A stretch of DNA of 60,269 nt, taken from the NCBI GenBank assembly GCA_964488495.1, contig CAZAUQ010000007.1, forward strand, positions 1-60,269. The letters run 5' to 3'. The position numbers and the translations under genes were made by a program. Below are positions 49,249-59,763 of the stretch, in pieces. Below the pieces are notes generated by a model, which saw nothing but the letters and a program-made list of their open reading frames with translations, was not told where the DNA came from and made no database searches. How positions within the stretch are numbered: position 1 is the first letter of the stretch; each line of letters begins with the position of its first letter. This DNA is from an uncultured Bacteroidales bacterium. GTDB taxonomy: Bacteria > Bacteroidota > Bacteroidia > Bacteroidales > UBA1402.

Positions 49249-51726
49249 ATGTCTAAACAACTATTCATCGATCCCCTGGAAATGCGCAAAGCCGGGGAAG
49301 TTACATTCAAGCCCATTCCTGTGAACCAATACAACAAAACAGCCAAACAGGAACTGGACGAAGGCAATTTCAGCAAACAGGATTTGCTCGACATTTACCA
49401 CGATATGTTCCTGATCAGGGAATTCGAAACCATGCTGCACCTGGTCAAAACCACCGGAGCCTATAAAGACGTGGCCTACAACAATCCGGGCCCGGCCCAC
49501 CTTTCGGCCGGACAGGAAGCTGCAGCCGTCGGTATGGCCTATACCCTGAGCGTGAACGATTTTATTTTCGGTTCGCACCGCAGCCACGGCGAAATTCTGG
49601 CCAAAGGCATGTCGGCCATTCGTAAACTTAAAGACGGCGACCTGAAAAAAATCATGGAAGAATTTCTGGACGGAGCCACACTCAAAGTAGCCTCTATGAA
49701 CTTCAAAGGCGACACCCGCCAACTGGCCCGTCGTTTTTTGGTCTATGGCGCTTTGGCCGAAATCTTTGCCCGTGTCACCGGTTTCAACCGTGGATTGGGT
49801 GGCAGTATGCACGCCTTTTTTACTCCCTTCGGTATCTATCCCAACAACGCCATCGTGGGCGGTAGCGGCGACATTGCCGTAGGAGCAGCCCTCTACAAAA
49901 AAGTTAACCGCAAACCCGGTCTGGTGGTAGCCAATCTGGGCGATGCCTCCATGGCCTGCGGCCCCGTTTGGGAAGGCTTGGTCTTCGCTGCAATGGATCA
50001 GTTCAAAACCTTGTGGGACGACGATATGAAAGGCGGCCTGCCTTTTATCCTCAACATCATGAACAATCAGTATGGTATGGGCGGACAAACCCGGGGCGAG
50101 ACCATGGGTTATGACATCGCTGCCCGCATCGGCGCAGGTGTCAATCCCGAACAGATGCATGCCGAAAGGGTAGACGGATACAATCCTCTGGCAGTGATCG
50201 ATGCTTATCGCCGCAAACGTCAGGTGATTGACGGCAAGCAAGGACCGGTCCTGCTCGACGTACTCACTTATCGCTACAGCGGCCATTCCCCCTCGGACGC
50301 TTCGTCCTACCGCAGCAAAGAAGAAGTCGAAGCCTGGGAAGCCCAGGATTGCATTGTAGGTTATGCCAGTCAGTTGCTCGAAGGCAAGATATGTAAGCAA
50401 GCCGATCTCGACCAAATACAGGAAGACATCCATAAAATGATGTTCGAAGTCTACAATCTGGCCATCGACCTGGAAATTTCACCCCGTATGGACCTGAGCA
50501 AAAATCAGGAATTGCTGGGCCAGGCCATGTTCTCCAACCAATCGATCGACAGTATGATGCCCGGAGTAAAGCCCGAAGTGAATCATGCTATGAACGAAAA
50601 TCCCCGGGTACAGCAAATCGCCAAAAAAGAACGCTTTGCTTTTGACAGCGAGGGTAAACCCTACAGCAAAATGAAGCAATATCAGTTGCGCGACGGTATT
50701 TTCGAAGCTATAATCGACCGCTTCTACAAAGACGCCTCGCTGATAGCCTATGGCGAAGAAAACCGCGACTGGGGCGGTGCTTTTGCCGTGTATCGCGGAT
50801 TGACCGAAGCCTTGCCTTATCACCGTCTGTTCAACTCACCCATTTCCGAAGCCTCCATCGTGGGTACGGCCATCGGATACGCCATGTGCGGCGGCCGGGT
50901 GATCCCCGAAATCATGTATTGCGACTTTTTGGGACGTTGCGGCGACGAAGTCTTCAACCAAATGCCCAAATGGCAGGCCATGAGCGGCAACATTTTGAAA
51001 ATGCCCATCGTTCTTCGTATTTCGGTAGGTTCCAAATACGGAGCACAACACTCTCAGGACTGGACCTCACTTTGCGCCCATATTCCCGGACTCAAGGTTT
51101 GTTTCCCAGTTACGCCTTACGACGCTAAGGGTTTGATGAATGCCGCCCTGCAAGGCACCGATCCGGTCATTTTCTTTGAATCGCAGCGCATTTACGACAT
51201 CGGTGAGCAATTCCACCAGGGCGGAGTACCCGAAGGATATTATGAAATTCCCCTGGGCGAACCCGATATCAAACGCCCGGGCAAGGATCTCACCATCCTC
51301 ACCATCGGAGCCACCCTTTACCGGGCTCTCGAAGCCGCCGACATTCTGCAGGAACAATACGGTATCAGCGCCGAAGTGATTGACGCCCGCAGCATCGTGC
51401 CTTTCAATTACGACCTGGTGATCGAGTCGGTCAAAAAGACCGGACGTATTCTGCTCTCGAGCGACGCCAGCAGCCGCGGATCCATCATAAACGACATGGC
51501 CCGCAACATAGGCGAACTGGCTTTCGATTACCTGGATGCTCCTCCCGTAGTAGTGGGTTCACGCAACTGGATCACGCCGGCCTACGAATTGGAAGATTCT
51601 TTCTTCCCCCAGGCAAGCTGGTTGCTGGACGCTATTCACGAGAAAATTCAACCCTTGAAAAATTATATCCCCAAAGAAAATTTTTCAAATTCTCAACAAA
51701 TTATTAGGAATAAACAAGGAGTTTAG
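49249..51726 (+). CDS. fused E1 component (alpha TPP-binding half plus beta transketolase-like half) of a 2-oxoacid/acetoin-type dehydrogenase
   Basis: 825 aa. The alpha half carries the GDASMACGPVWEG...NNQYGMG TPP motif. The beta half starts around KQYQLRDGIFEAI, with FNSPISEASIVGTAIGYAM. The junction is at roughly 50500-50690. Confidence 0.9.
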   Translation: MSKQLFIDPLEMRKAGEVTFKPIPVNQYNKTAKQELDEGNFSKQDLLDIYHDMFLIREFETMLHLVKTTGAYKDVAYNNPGPAHLSAGQEAAAVGMAYTLSVNDFIFGSHRSHGEILAKGMSAIRKLKDGDLKKIMEEFLDGATLKVASMNFKGDTRQLARRFLVYGALAEIFARVTGFNRGLGGSMHAFFTPFGIYPNNAIVGGSGDIAVGAALYKKVNRKPGLVVANLGDASMACGPVWEGLVFAAMDQFKTLWDDDMKGGLPFILNIMNNQYGMGGQTRGETMGYDIAARIGAGVNPEQMHAERVDGYNPLAVIDAYRRKRQVIDGKQGPVLLDVLTYRYSGHSPSDASSYRSKEEVEAWEAQDCIVGYASQLLEGKICKQADLDQIQEDIHKMMFEVYNLAIDLEISPRMDLSKNQELLGQAMFSNQSIDSMMPGVKPEVNHAMNENPRVQQIAKKERFAFDSEGKPYSKMKQYQLRDGIFEAIIDRFYKDASLIAYGEENRDWGGAFAVYRGLTEALPYHRLFNSPISEASIVGTAIGYAMCGGRVIPEIMYCDFLGRCGDEVFNQMPKWQAMSGNILKMPIVLRISVGSKYGAQHSQDWTSLCAHIPGLKVCFPVTPYDAKGLMNAALQGTDPVIFFESQRIYDIGEQFHQGGVPEGYYEIPLGEPDIKRPGKDLTILTIGATLYRALEAADILQEQYGISAEVIDARSIVPFNYDLVIESVKKTGRILLSSDASSRGSIINDMARNIGELAFDYLDAPPVVVGSRNWITPAYELEDSFFPQASWLLDAIHEKIQPLKNYIPKENFSNSQQIIRNKQGV

Positions 51727-51734
51727 TATATTTG
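51727..51734 (+). promoter_or_regulatory. candidate internal -7 box TAtaTTTG just after the E1 stop
   Basis: Exact TAnnTTTG match starting 1 nt after the E1 TAG, 100 nt upstream of the PHP gene ATG. Confidence 0.3.
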
Positions 51735-51833
51735 CGGTCAGAAAGTCGTTTCCGAAGATCTGTTAATGATTATTGAACTTAACAAGCTATAAAATTAAAT
51801 ATAGGCACAACTTTTTGCATAAAAAACAAAACA

Positions 51834-53048
51834 ATGAAAATAGTTAACGTTAATGCCCATTTACATACTCCCTATTCTTTTAGTGCCTTCGAGAGCCTGA
51901 CACAGGCTCTCGATCTGGCGCTGGAGCAAGAAGTCAGGGTGGTTGGAATCAACGACTTCTATTCCATGGACGGCTATGAACTCTGGGAACAGGAATGCCG
52001 CAAGCGTTCACTCTGCCCCTTGTTCAATATAGAATTTATAGGCCTCAACCAGCAGGATCAGGCCAAAGGCATTCGGGTGAACGATCCCAACAATCCGGGC
52101 CGTACCTATATCAGCGGCAAGGGCCTCAAATGTCCGCCTGCGCTGCCCGAGCCTTATAAATCGCAACTCAGCAGGGTCAGGGCCGAGTCCAACGCTCAGG
52201 TCAAAGCCATGTGTGCCAAACTCAACGACTTGCTCGAAAGCCTGAGCCTGGATTTCCGCCTCGATTACGAGCAAATCCTCAGCAAAATGACCAAGGGCAA
52301 CATCCGTGAGCGGCATTTGGCCAAGGCTTTGCGCATCAAGGTTTACGAGGCCTCGCAAGCAGCCGGTGGTGCCGCATCCAAAGAGCAGGTTTCGGCCCTC
52401 GACGGAGAAGTCGCGGCAAATATCGCTGCCCTGTTTCAGCAACTCTTCGGAGGCAAAGCTCTCAAGTCTGATCTTAAGGACCATGCCGCTGTCGAAAACG
52501 AAATCCGCGGTAATTTACTCAAGGCCGGAGGCGCTGCTTTTGTGCCCGAAGATCCCAAAGCCTTTCTGCCCGTAGATAAAGTCTGCCGCATCATATTGGC
52601 TGCAGGCGGTATTCCCACCTATCCTTTTTTGGCCGACGACCTCAAAGGAGGGTACACCGACTTCGAAGGCGATCTGGAGAAAGTGGCTAAAACCCTGCGA
52701 GACAGAGGATTCTATTCGGTGGAATTCATCAGCACCCGCAACGACCTGCATCTGCTCGAAAAATACGCGGTTTATCTCTATGAGCTCGGTTTTCTTGTCA
52801 CTTTGGGCACTGAGCATAACAGCCCCGCCATGGAGCCTGTTCTGTTGTTTGCCCGTCACGGACAAGCGCTGAGCGAACGTCTGCGCGAAATCAATTACAA
52901 AAGCGCCTGCGTGCTGGCAGCCCACCAACATCTGGTCCGCCAGGGCCTCGAAGGATACCTGGATGCCACCGGCAGTGCCCACGTAGATAAACGCGAAGAA
53001 TACATCAAACTGGGCAACCAGCTCATTCGTTCCATCACCGGACAATAA
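51834..53048 (+). CDS. PHP (polymerase/histidinol phosphatase) domain metal-dependent hydrolase, function unknown
   Basis: N-terminal NAHLHTPYS (HxH) and GINDF motifs typical of the PHP fold. At 404 aa it is longer than typical histidinol phosphatases. Confidence 0.65.
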   Translation: MKIVNVNAHLHTPYSFSAFESLTQALDLALEQEVRVVGINDFYSMDGYELWEQECRKRSLCPLFNIEFIGLNQQDQAKGIRVNDPNNPGRTYISGKGLKCPPALPEPYKSQLSRVRAESNAQVKAMCAKLNDLLESLSLDFRLDYEQILSKMTKGNIRERHLAKALRIKVYEASQAAGGAASKEQVSALDGEVAANIAALFQQLFGGKALKSDLKDHAAVENEIRGNLLKAGGAAFVPEDPKAFLPVDKVCRIILAAGGIPTYPFLADDLKGGYTDFEGDLEKVAKTLRDRGFYSVEFISTRNDLHLLEKYAVYLYELGFLVTLGTEHNSPAMEPVLLFARHGQALSERLREINYKSACVLAAHQHLVRQGLEGYLDATGSAHVDKREEYIKLGNQLIRSITGQ

Positions 53049-53108
53049 AGCCGGAAAAAATGCACAAGTATGGACTCTCCAATTTCTAATCATTCAAATA
53101 TTAATGCC

Positions 53109-55133
53109 ATGAAAAAGATTGAACAACTCATCGACATTTCCCGGTTTTATGGCAAAGACAATCGCTTTGTCATTGCCGGCGGAGGCAACACCTCCTACAA
53201 AAATGAGCAGCAAATCTGGGTGAAAGCCTCCGGTTTTGCCCTGGCCACCATTGATCAGGAAGGCTTTGCCATACTTGATCGCGCCAAACTGCAGCTCATT
53301 TCGGAAAAGTCCTACAGCAGCGATGCAGACTTGCGCGAAGCCCAGGTCAAAAGCGATCTCGAAGCCGCCTGTATTACAAAAAACAGACGTCCTTCGGTAG
53401 AAACCTCCATGCACAATGCCATCAATTATGCCTTTGTCGTGCATTTGCATCCCACAGCCGTCAATGGGCTGATGTGTTCCCAACAGGCCGAGAGCAAGCT
53501 CAGGGAGCTTTTTGGCGATCAGCCTCTCTACATTCCCTACACCGATCCGGGTTACGTTTTGTTCAAAAAAGTCGAAGGAGCCATCGCTGCCTATCGCGCT
53601 GAGCGGGGCAAAGAGCCCTCAGTGATCTGGCTGCAAAACCACGGCATCTTTGTGGCCGCCAACGACATCGAAGAAATCCGTCGTACTTACGACCATATTC
53701 TGGAGGTACTCAACAAGGAAGTGCTAGCCGTCGCCTGTGATGACGCCCGGTCCCAAGCTCTGCAGGCTTATTTGCAGGCAGAAGAAAGCCCTGTGCCGGG
53801 CAGAGTGACCGAAGTATTGCCGGCACTCCGCATGTTGGTATCCCAAAACGAAAAACAAGAGCAGGGATCAGTTCAGCTGAAAACGCTCAAAATCCGCAAC
53901 AATAAACTCATAGAGCACTACTGTGAGAAAACAGAGCATTATGCACGTATCAGCCGCCCGTTCACCCCGGATGCCATTGTGTATTGCAAATCCAACCAAT
54001 TGTTTATAGATAAAGCCGAAGCCAAAGAGGTGCTGGACGATGCTAAAAATATGCTGCCCTTTTTCAGACAACATTTCGGCTATCAGCCCAAAGTGATCAT
54101 CCTTCGGGGCCTCGGCATCGTAGCCGTGGGCGATAATGCAGCCCAATGCGACACCATACTCGATGTGTTCGAAGACTGCATCAAAATTGCCGCTCTATCC
54201 GAAGCCTTTGGAGGTCCGCATCCAATGAGCCAGGAACAAATCGACTTTATCGACCACTGGGAAGTTGAAAATTATCGCCGCAGCATCGCCGCAGGCGCTC
54301 TGGCAGGCAGAGCTCAAAATAAAACCATCGTGGTTACCGGAGCTGCTCAGGGATTTGGCCGGGGCATAGCCGACGAACTTCTGCAAGAGGGAGCCAACAT
54401 CGTGGTGGCCGACCTCAATAGTGAAACCGGCCTGGCCACCGTAGCTGAATTCAACCAAAAGGCCCGCAGCAACCGGGCTGTGTTTGTAAAGACAGATGTG
54501 AGTAACATCGCCAGTATTGAACAGCTCTTGTATCAGAGCATCTGTCATTTCGGCGGTATCGATTGTTTTATCAGCAACGCAGGCATCCTCAGAGCCGGCG
54601 GCCTGGACGAAATGACTCCCGAGAGCTTCGATTTGGTAACTAAAATCAATTACAATGCCTATTTCTACTGCACCAAGGCAGTGAGCCGCGTAATGAAATT
54701 GCAAACTGCTTACGCCCGTCCCGACTATTTCGCCGACATCATCCAGATCAATTCCAAATCGGGACTGAGAGGCAGCAAAGCCAACTTTGCCTACGCCGGT
54801 GGTAAATTCGGCGGCATAGGCCTCACCCAGTCTTTTGCCCTGGAATTGGCTCCCTTCCGCATCAAGGTCAATTCCATCTGCCCGGGCAATTATTACGAAG
54901 GCCCGCTCTGGAGCAATCCCGAAAACGGACTCTTTGTGCAGTATCTCAAGGCAGGCAAAGTGCCGGGTGCCAAAACCATCCAGGACGTCAAAGATTTTTA
55001 TCTGGCTCAGGTGCCCATGCGCAAAGGTTGCTCACCAAAGGATGTCAGCAAAGGAGTGCTGTATCTGATGGATCAGTGCGGCGAAACAGGCCAGGCCTTG
55101 CCCATCACCGGCGGCCAGGTGATGCTGAGTTAA
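53109..55133 (+). CDS. bifunctional class II aldolase/adducin domain plus short-chain dehydrogenase (RhaEW/YuxG-like architecture)
   Basis: The N-half has the aldolase_II pattern (GGGNTS, VVHLHPTAV). The C-half is an SDR (VVTGAAQGFGRG, NAG, YAGGK). The ATG at 53109 (MKKIEQL) is preferred over the track start at 53070. Confidence 0.85.
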   Translation: MKKIEQLIDISRFYGKDNRFVIAGGGNTSYKNEQQIWVKASGFALATIDQEGFAILDRAKLQLISEKSYSSDADLREAQVKSDLEAACITKNRRPSVETSMHNAINYAFVVHLHPTAVNGLMCSQQAESKLRELFGDQPLYIPYTDPGYVLFKKVEGAIAAYRAERGKEPSVIWLQNHGIFVAANDIEEIRRTYDHILEVLNKEVLAVACDDARSQALQAYLQAEESPVPGRVTEVLPALRMLVSQNEKQEQGSVQLKTLKIRNNKLIEHYCEKTEHYARISRPFTPDAIVYCKSNQLFIDKAEAKEVLDDAKNMLPFFRQHFGYQPKVIILRGLGIVAVGDNAAQCDTILDVFEDCIKIAALSEAFGGPHPMSQEQIDFIDHWEVENYRRSIAAGALAGRAQNKTIVVTGAAQGFGRGIADELLQEGANIVVADLNSETGLATVAEFNQKARSNRAVFVKTDVSNIASIEQLLYQSICHFGGIDCFISNAGILRAGGLDEMTPESFDLVTKINYNAYFYCTKAVSRVMKLQTAYARPDYFADIIQINSKSGLRGSKANFAYAGGKFGGIGLTQSFALELAPFRIKVNSICPGNYYEGPLWSNPENGLFVQYLKAGKVPGAKTIQDVKDFYLAQVPMRKGCSPKDVSKGVLYLMDQCGETGQALPITGGQVMLS

Positions 55134-55275
55134 ACATCGGTGTGTTATCGGCCTGAATTTAGACGAAATACAGAAAGTCTGTTTCACAGCGATTAAGCCT
55201 CCTACTTTTTGTATAAAAATAAGAAAAATAAGCAGCCTGAAACTTACAATTTTTCCAAATATAGAATAGATTGAC

Positions 55276-55283
55276 TACCTTTG
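55276..55283 (+). promoter_or_regulatory. -7 promoter box TAccTTTG for the glycogen synthase/phosphorylase pair
   Basis: Exact TAnnTTTG match 30 nt upstream of the ATG at 55313. The track ORF start (TTG at 55271) lies inside this promoter. Confidence 0.45.
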
Positions 55284-55312
55284 CAGTCTTCAAAACCGAA
55301 GTAGAAAAAGGT

Positions 55313-57088
55313 ATGGCCAAAAAGGTAAACGATAGCCGACTTCCCGACAGGATTTTCGAATCCAGTTGGGAAGTTTGCAACAAAGTGGGAGGTATTCACA
55401 CCGTCTTATCAACGCATGCAAAACAACTCAAAGCCCTTTACGGAGAAGCTCTCTGCTACATAGGTCCCGATTTGCAAAACGGGGTACAAAAGGCTGAATT
55501 CAACGAAACTTCAAGCCCCCTGGACGAGTGGTGCGCTTATGCCCGCCAACACGACAAACTGCACATACGCTGCGGACGCTGGAACATCCCAGGAGAACCT
55601 CTGGTGATCCTGGTGGATTATAAAAAATACTACACGTTCAAAAACCATATTTACTCCCAGTTCTGGGAATGGTATGGCGTTGATTCCATTCAGGCTTACG
55701 GCGATTACGACGAAGCCTGTATGTTTGCCTATGCCTGCGGCGAAGTCATCCGCAGCTGGCAGAGATACCACCTGGAACGACAGCCTGCCGTAGTAGCCCA
55801 TTTTCACGAATGGACCACCGGTATGGGCCTGCTTTACGTCAAAAAACACCTGCCCGGTGTCGCCACGGTATTTACCACCCATGCCACCTCCATAGGCCGT
55901 TCCATCAGCGGTAACGGCAAAAAACTCTACGGCTACATGGAAGGCTATCAGGGTGATCAGATGGCCCTGGAACTCAATATGGTCGCCAAACACTCGGTCG
56001 AAAAAACGGCGGCAGCTCAGGCCGATTGTTTTACCACCGTCAGCGGTATCACCGCCTGCGAATGTGCCCAGTTGCTGGGCAAAGCCCCTGACATGGTCAC
56101 CCCCAACGGCTTCGAAGACGACTTTGTACCCAGGGGAGCCGTGGCCATTGCCAAACGCAAGGCTGCCCGCCGGCTTTTACTCGAAGTGGCCGAAAGCGTC
56201 CTGGGCTACAGTCTCGATAAAAACGTGCTGATGCTGGCCACCAGCGGACGTTACGAATTTCGCAACAAAGGGCTGGACGTCTTTATCGAAAGCCTGCATA
56301 AATTGCGTCACGACCGGAGTCTCGACAGGCAGATTCTGGCCTATATCCTGGTTCCCGGCGATGTAAGTGCTGCCCGTCAGGAAGTTCTCCAAAGGCTGGA
56401 GGCGCTCAGAAAGAATAAAAAAGCCTCGTCCCCGGTCGGTCAGCAGCCTGCTGCCGAGTCTTCGCAGCTTGTTTTCTCCAGGCCTGCAACGAAAACACTT
56501 CCGGAGGCAAAGTCTGAACAGCCCGGCCCCATTTACCATCCCTACAACACTCACTGGCTCAACCATATTGAGCAGGATAAAGTACTCAACACCATTAAAT
56601 ACCTGGGTTTTACCAACGGCCCGGACGAAAAAGTCAAAATCATCTTTGTACCCTGCTATCTGCACGGACACGACGGCGTATTCAACAAATCCTATTACGA
56701 TATTCTTCAGGCTTTCGACCTGACGGCTTTTATGTCGTATTACGAACCCTGGGGATATACTCCCCTCGAAAGCCTGGCCTTTTCGGTGCCCACCCTTACC
56801 TCCTCACTCTCGGGTTTCGGCCTTTGGCTGCAAAACCAGGGTTACAAAGACAGGGACATCAGGCAGGGTGCAGCTGTTATTCCCCGCGACGACAACAATT
56901 ACGCCGAAGTGGTGAAACAAACCGCCGAAGTCTTTGCCGCTTTTGCCGCTTTGCATCGCGAAGAACGCCAACAGGTGCGCCAAAAGGCCGGGCGTTTGTC
57001 CAAAGAGGCATTGTGGTCTAAATTCATAAAATATTACCAACAAGCTTACGAGATGGCTCTTTCCAGAGCTAAAACACATCAGTTATAA
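55313..57088 (+). CDS. glycogen synthase, GT3 (eukaryote-like) family
   Basis: IFESSWEVCNKVGGIHTVL N-terminus and HFHEWTTG are characteristic of GT3 glycogen synthases. A gene for glucan phosphorylase is adjacent. Confidence 0.85.
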   Translation: MAKKVNDSRLPDRIFESSWEVCNKVGGIHTVLSTHAKQLKALYGEALCYIGPDLQNGVQKAEFNETSSPLDEWCAYARQHDKLHIRCGRWNIPGEPLVILVDYKKYYTFKNHIYSQFWEWYGVDSIQAYGDYDEACMFAYACGEVIRSWQRYHLERQPAVVAHFHEWTTGMGLLYVKKHLPGVATVFTTHATSIGRSISGNGKKLYGYMEGYQGDQMALELNMVAKHSVEKTAAAQADCFTTVSGITACECAQLLGKAPDMVTPNGFEDDFVPRGAVAIAKRKAARRLLLEVAESVLGYSLDKNVLMLATSGRYEFRNKGLDVFIESLHKLRHDRSLDRQILAYILVPGDVSAARQEVLQRLEALRKNKKASSPVGQQPAAESSQLVFSRPATKTLPEAKSEQPGPIYHPYNTHWLNHIEQDKVLNTIKYLGFTNGPDEKVKIIFVPCYLHGHDGVFNKSYYDILQAFDLTAFMSYYEPWGYTPLESLAFSVPTLTSSLSGFGLWLQNQGYKDRDIRQGAAVIPRDDNNYAEVVKQTAEVFAAFAALHREERQQVRQKAGRLSKEALWSKFIKYYQQAYEMALSRAKTHQL

Positions 57089-57110
57089 CAGCTAATTACA
57101 ACTCAATAAT

Positions 57111-59669
57111 ATGAAAACAAAGTATTGCAGCAATCAACCCCAATGGTCCAGCGTGACTGTTCAATCTACCATGCCCGCCGGTCTCGAAAAAATGCAGGAA
57201 CTGGCCCGCAATCTCTGGTGGAGTTGGAACGACGAAGTCATCAGATTATTCAAAGATATCGACAAAGCCCTCTGGTCGCAAGTTTCGGGCAATCCAACCG
57301 CTTTTTTGGATAGCCTTTCCTATACCCAGCTGGAAGAAATAGCCAAAGACGAGGCCATGATGCAGCGGATTGACAACATTTACGCGAAATTCCGCAGCTA
57401 TATGGATGTCCCCGTCAACAAAGAGGCTCCCTCGGTGGCCTATTTCAGTATGGAATACGGCCTGACCGATGTACTCAAGATCTATTCAGGCGGCCTGGGC
57501 GTATTGGCCGGCGATTACCTCAAAGAAGCTTCCGATTGCAATATTCCCATGACAGCCGTAGGTTTTCTCTATCGTAACGGTTATTTTACCCAGGGGCTCT
57601 CGATGGAAGGCCAGCAAATCGCCATCTATGAACCTCAGAATTTCAATACCCTGCCGATAGAGCAGGTCAAGGACGAACAAGACAATCCACTGGTGCTCAA
57701 AGTAGAATTCCCGGGCTACATAGTGCATTGTTTTATCTGGAAAGTAGCCGTAGGCAGAGTGAATCTCTACCTGATGGATACCGACCATCCGGGCAATGGT
57801 GAATTCGACCGTCAGATTACAGCCCAGCTTTACGGCGGCGACTGGGAAAATCGTCTCAAACAGGAATACCTGCTGGGCGTGGGCGGCATACAGTTGCTCA
57901 ATACACTTGGCATCAAAAAACAGATCTATCATTGCAACGAAGGCCATGCCGCTTTGATCAACGCCCAACGAATGGTCGATCTTATCGCTCAGGAAGGACT
58001 CAACTTCAGCGAAGCCCTCGAAGTAGTACGCGCCTCTTCGCTCTATACTGTACATACCCCGGTTCCCGCCGGTCACGATAAATTTGACGAAGGTCTCATG
58101 TTCAAGTATATGAGTAGCTTCCCTCAAAAACTGGGCATCAGCTGGGCCGATTTTATGAATATGGGCCGCGAAAACGAAGACGACATTAACGAAAAATTCA
58201 GCATGAGCGTTTTTGCCTGCAACTGCTGCCAGGAAGTCAACGGCGTGAGCATGCTCCATGGCCAGGTGTCCCAAAAAATGTTCAGCAACATCTGGAAAGG
58301 CTATTTCCCCAACGAACTGCATGTGGGCTACGTCACCAACGGTGTACACATGCCTACCTGGACAGCCAGCGAATGGCGCTGCCTCTACGAAAAAACCTTC
58401 GGGCCCCAATGGATGAGCGATCAGTCCAACGCCGAACTCTGGAAAAAAATCTACGAAGTCAGCGACGAAGAAATCTGGAAAACCCGTCAGCAACTCAAGC
58501 TCAAATTGATTGAGTACATTCGCAAAAAATACAGAAACAGCTGGTTCAAAAACCAGGGCGATCCCTCGCGCATCATGGCCATTCTGGAAAAAATCAATCC
58601 CAATGCCCTGATGATAGGTTTTGGCCGCCGTTTTGCCACCTACAAACGAGCCCATCTGTTGTTTACCGACCTGGAACGTCTGTCACGCATCGTTAACAAT
58701 CCCCTTTATCCCGTTCAATTCGTGTTTACCGGCAAGGCCCATCCGGCCGACGGAGGCGGGCAGGGCTTAATCAAACGCATCGTTGAAATTTCGCGTACGC
58801 CCGAATTCCAGGGCAAGATCATCTTCCTCGAAAACTACGATATGGCTTTGGCCAAGCGCATGATTTCGGGTGTGGACATCTGGCTCAACACCCCGACCCG
58901 TCCCCTGGAAGCCTCGGGAACTTCGGGACAGAAAGCCGAAATGAACGGTGTGCTCAATTTTTCGGTGCTCGACGGCTGGTGGCTCGAAGGTTATGTGGAA
59001 AAAGCCGGCTGGGCTCTGACCGAAAAGCGTACCTACGAAAACCAGGAATTTCAGGATCAGCTCGATGCCGCCACTATTTATTCCATGCTCGAAAACGACA
59101 TCATTCCCCTGTTTTTTGCCAAAAACAGCAAAGGTTATTCGCCCGAATGGGTGCAATACATCAAGAATTCCATTGCACAAATCGCTCCGCATTTCACCAC
59201 CAAGCGCATGCTCGACGATTACATCGAACGTTTCTACAGCAAACTGGTAAAACGTTCGGTGCTGCTCACCGAAAATTCCTATGCCAAGGCCCGTGAAATC
59301 AGCCGCTGGAAGCAGGAAGTAGTCGATAAGTGGGAGCAGATCAAGGTGTTGCAGGTAGATATACCCGACGCTTTTTTGCATCAACCTAAAGTGGGCAGCG
59401 AATACAACATAGGCGTAAGCATCGACCCGGCCGGCCTCAAAGAAAGCATCGGCGTGGAATTGGTGATTTTGAATACCCCCCTCGACGGCAATTCCCAGAA
59501 TTATTCTTCGGAACTGGAACTGAAAAGCATAGACGAAAAAGGCATTATGCGTTTTGAAATCAAGTATCGCCTCAAAAAAGCCGGTACTTTCAATTACTCT
59601 TTCAGAATGTTCCCCAAACATCCCGATATGCCTCATCGCATGGATTTTTGTTATACCCGTTGGTTTTAA
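57111..59669 (+). CDS. glgP: alpha-glucan phosphorylase (GT35, maltodextrin/glycogen phosphorylase family)
   Basis: 852 aa with [16 protein letters not shown], the [17 protein letters not shown]-lysine region, and a C-terminal extension. Confidence 0.92.
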   Translation: MKTKYCSNQPQWSSVTVQSTMPAGLEKMQELARNLWWSWNDEVIRLFKDIDKALWSQVSGNPTAFLDSLSYTQLEEIAKDEAMMQRIDNIYAKFRSYMDVPVNKEAPSVAYFSMEYGLTDVLKIYSGGLGVLAGDYLKEASDCNIPMTAVGFLYRNGYFTQGLSMEGQQIAIYEPQNFNTLPIEQVKDEQDNPLVLKVEFPGYIVHCFIWKVAVGRVNLYLMDTDHPGNGEFDRQITAQLYGGDWENRLKQEYLLGVGGIQLLNTLGIKKQIYHCNEGHAALINAQRMVDLIAQEGLNFSEALEVVRASSLYTVHTPVPAGHDKFDEGLMFKYMSSFPQKLGISWADFMNMGRENEDDINEKFSMSVFACNCCQEVNGVSMLHGQVSQKMFSNIWKGYFPNELHVGYVTNGVHMPTWTASEWRCLYEKTFGPQWMSDQSNAELWKKIYEVSDEEIWKTRQQLKLKLIEYIRKKYRNSWFKNQGDPSRIMAILEKINPNALMIGFGRRFATYKRAHLLFTDLERLSRIVNNPLYPVQFVFTGKAHPADGGGQGLIKRIVEISRTPEFQGKIIFLENYDMALAKRMISGVDIWLNTPTRPLEASGTSGQKAEMNGVLNFSVLDGWWLEGYVEKAGWALTEKRTYENQEFQDQLDAATIYSMLENDIIPLFFAKNSKGYSPEWVQYIKNSIAQIAPHFTTKRMLDDYIERFYSKLVKRSVLLTENSYAKAREISRWKQEVVDKWEQIKVLQVDIPDAFLHQPKVGSEYNIGVSIDPAGLKESIGVELVILNTPLDGNSQNYSSELELKSIDEKGIMRFEIKYRLKKAGTFNYSFRMFPKHPDMPHRMDFCYTRWF

Positions 59670-59763
59670 TAATCAGTCATTTCAATAAGCTCAGAGCAAG
59701 GTTTTTGATGACAACTGCAGAATACTTGTTTTTTTATGTAAATTAGCGACAAAATTGTGAGTA

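Noticed and set aside
55159-55383. A 74-aa minus-strand ORF in the gap before the glycogen synthase gene.
   Set aside because: It overlaps the glycogen synthase promoter box and start codon, and has low-complexity, non-conserved-looking sequence.
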